Below, in pieces: positions 45,276-45,854 of a stretch of 45,854 nt of DNA. The notes beneath the pieces were generated by a model. The model did no database searches and had not been told where the DNA came from. It saw nothing but the letters and a program-made list of their open reading frames with translations. Position 1 is the stretch's first letter. Each line of letters begins with the position of its first letter. The stretch is from NCBI GenBank assembly GCA_964620535.1, contig CAZUHN010000095.1:1-45854 (forward strand), given 5' to 3'. A program made the translations under genes and the position numbers. This DNA is from an uncultured Nitrospinaceae bacterium (GTDB lineage Bacteria; UBA8248).

Positions 45276-45821
45276 ATGTCACAGCGCATTATGCTCACCT
45301 TTTCCCGGGGAGGCAGATTGACGGCCGATCTGCTTGAGAAAAAGGCACCCCGAACCTGCGACCTCATCACCCGCCAGCTGCCTTTGACGGGGCCCTCGTT
45401 TCACGCGCGGTGGACGGGGCGGGAGTGCTTCGTTCCCGTGAAATTGCGGAAAAAGCCCGATCGCGAGAATGCCCAGTTCCTCATCAGCCGGGGCGAGCTG
45501 ATGTACTGGCGCGAGTTTGAGCAAACCTACGGCCCCCACGAGATGGTTGGCGCCGAAGTCATCGCCTTCTTCTACGGCCCCGAATACCTGCGCGGAGAGT
45601 GGCGCGGCTACGAGCGTGGAAACGTCTTCGCCCAAATCCCCCAGTCCGAATGGGAACTTATGGAAGAACTCGGCACTCGCATCTGGAAAGAAGGCTCGGA
45701 GGAGATCAAGGTGAACCTCATTCGCCCGGCACGCGCTCCCGCTCCTCGGAAAACCTCCCGAAAGGTTTCGAAGCGCAAGGCCACCGCAAGGAAGAGCAGC
45801 AAGAAGAATTCCCGAGGATAA
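45276..45821 (+). CDS. DUF3830-like (cyclophilin-like fold) protein with basic K/R-rich C-terminal tail
   Basis: The N-terminal TADLLEKKAPRTCDLITRQLPL...HARWTGRE resembles the DUF3830 family from memory (not verified). The last 32 or so residues are RPARAPAPRKTSRKVSKRKATARKSSKKNSRG. Confidence 0.45.
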   Translation: MSQRIMLTFSRGGRLTADLLEKKAPRTCDLITRQLPLTGPSFHARWTGRECFVPVKLRKKPDRENAQFLISRGELMYWREFEQTYGPHEMVGAEVIAFFYGPEYLRGEWRGYERGNVFAQIPQSEWELMEELGTRIWKEGSEEIKVNLIRPARAPAPRKTSRKVSKRKATARKSSKKNSRG

Positions 45822-45854
45822 TTTGCGGAACCGGTGCAAAATATGGACAATCTT

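Noticed and set aside
1-45854. Scan for CRISPR arrays, rRNA genes, tmRNA/SRP RNA, toxin-antitoxin pairs or defence-system genes.
   Set aside because: No regularly spaced repeats, no rRNA-like segments, and no nuclease, RT or methylase-type ORFs were seen. The MoxR-VWA pair is in a cox-like context, not a defence context.

Overview
GC-rich (about 60% by eye) bacterial chromosomal window with about 45 protein genes, one tRNA, and no rRNA or CRISPR array. Phylum is not assignable from the sequence alone.

Gene content, left to right:
- plsC, followed by a broken FHA-domain membrane protein gene.
- An SDR, a beta-hydroxyacid dehydrogenase, an orphan cheY, an MBL/class-II phosphodiesterase-like gene, and pyrD-pyrK.
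- A heme operon: hemX/ccsA-like, hemA, hemC, a SUMT-like/hemD fusion, and hemB.
- An acyl-CoA set: thiolase, crotonase, a YkgJ-type Cys-cluster protein, ACAD and MeaB.
- cutA, then glnA preceded by an orphan OmpR-type regulator.
- A cox-like operon with FAD, 2Fe-2S, MoxR-ATPase and VWA genes but no molybdopterin large subunit.
- An mtaB - DUF62 - DsbA-like - DmpA-like operon ending at tRNA-Gly(GCC).
- A 4.9 kb islet carrying two amidases.
- A catabolic cluster: FAH, formamidase, 4-OT, two SDRs, VOC, TRAP dctPQM, CMD, RidA and a DUF3830-like gene.

Most notable observations:
1. The DsbA/FrnE-like gene has an in-frame TGA exactly at the first Cys of its CxxC motif (SDFL-U-PWC). It has a good SD+GTG start upstream and a small hairpin downstream, so it is a candidate selenoprotein.
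2. The 3' end of tRNA-Gly plus its terminator is duplicated 4.9 kb downstream. The two copies bracket the two-amidase islet like att sites, but no integrase is present.
3. The cox-like operon lacks a large subunit, and its 2Fe-2S subunit carries a lysine-rich histone-like N-terminal extension. A similar basic tail is found on the DUF3830-like protein.
4. Three conserved genes (FHA, SDR, ACAD) are broken by 1-nt indels at G/C or A/T homopolymers. This points to sequencing error rather than gene decay.
5. The SUMT domain fused to HemD looks degenerate.
6. The DmpA-like peptidase has no canonical start codon upstream of its conserved N-terminus.

All functional calls rest on motif recognition by eye. 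No database search was run.
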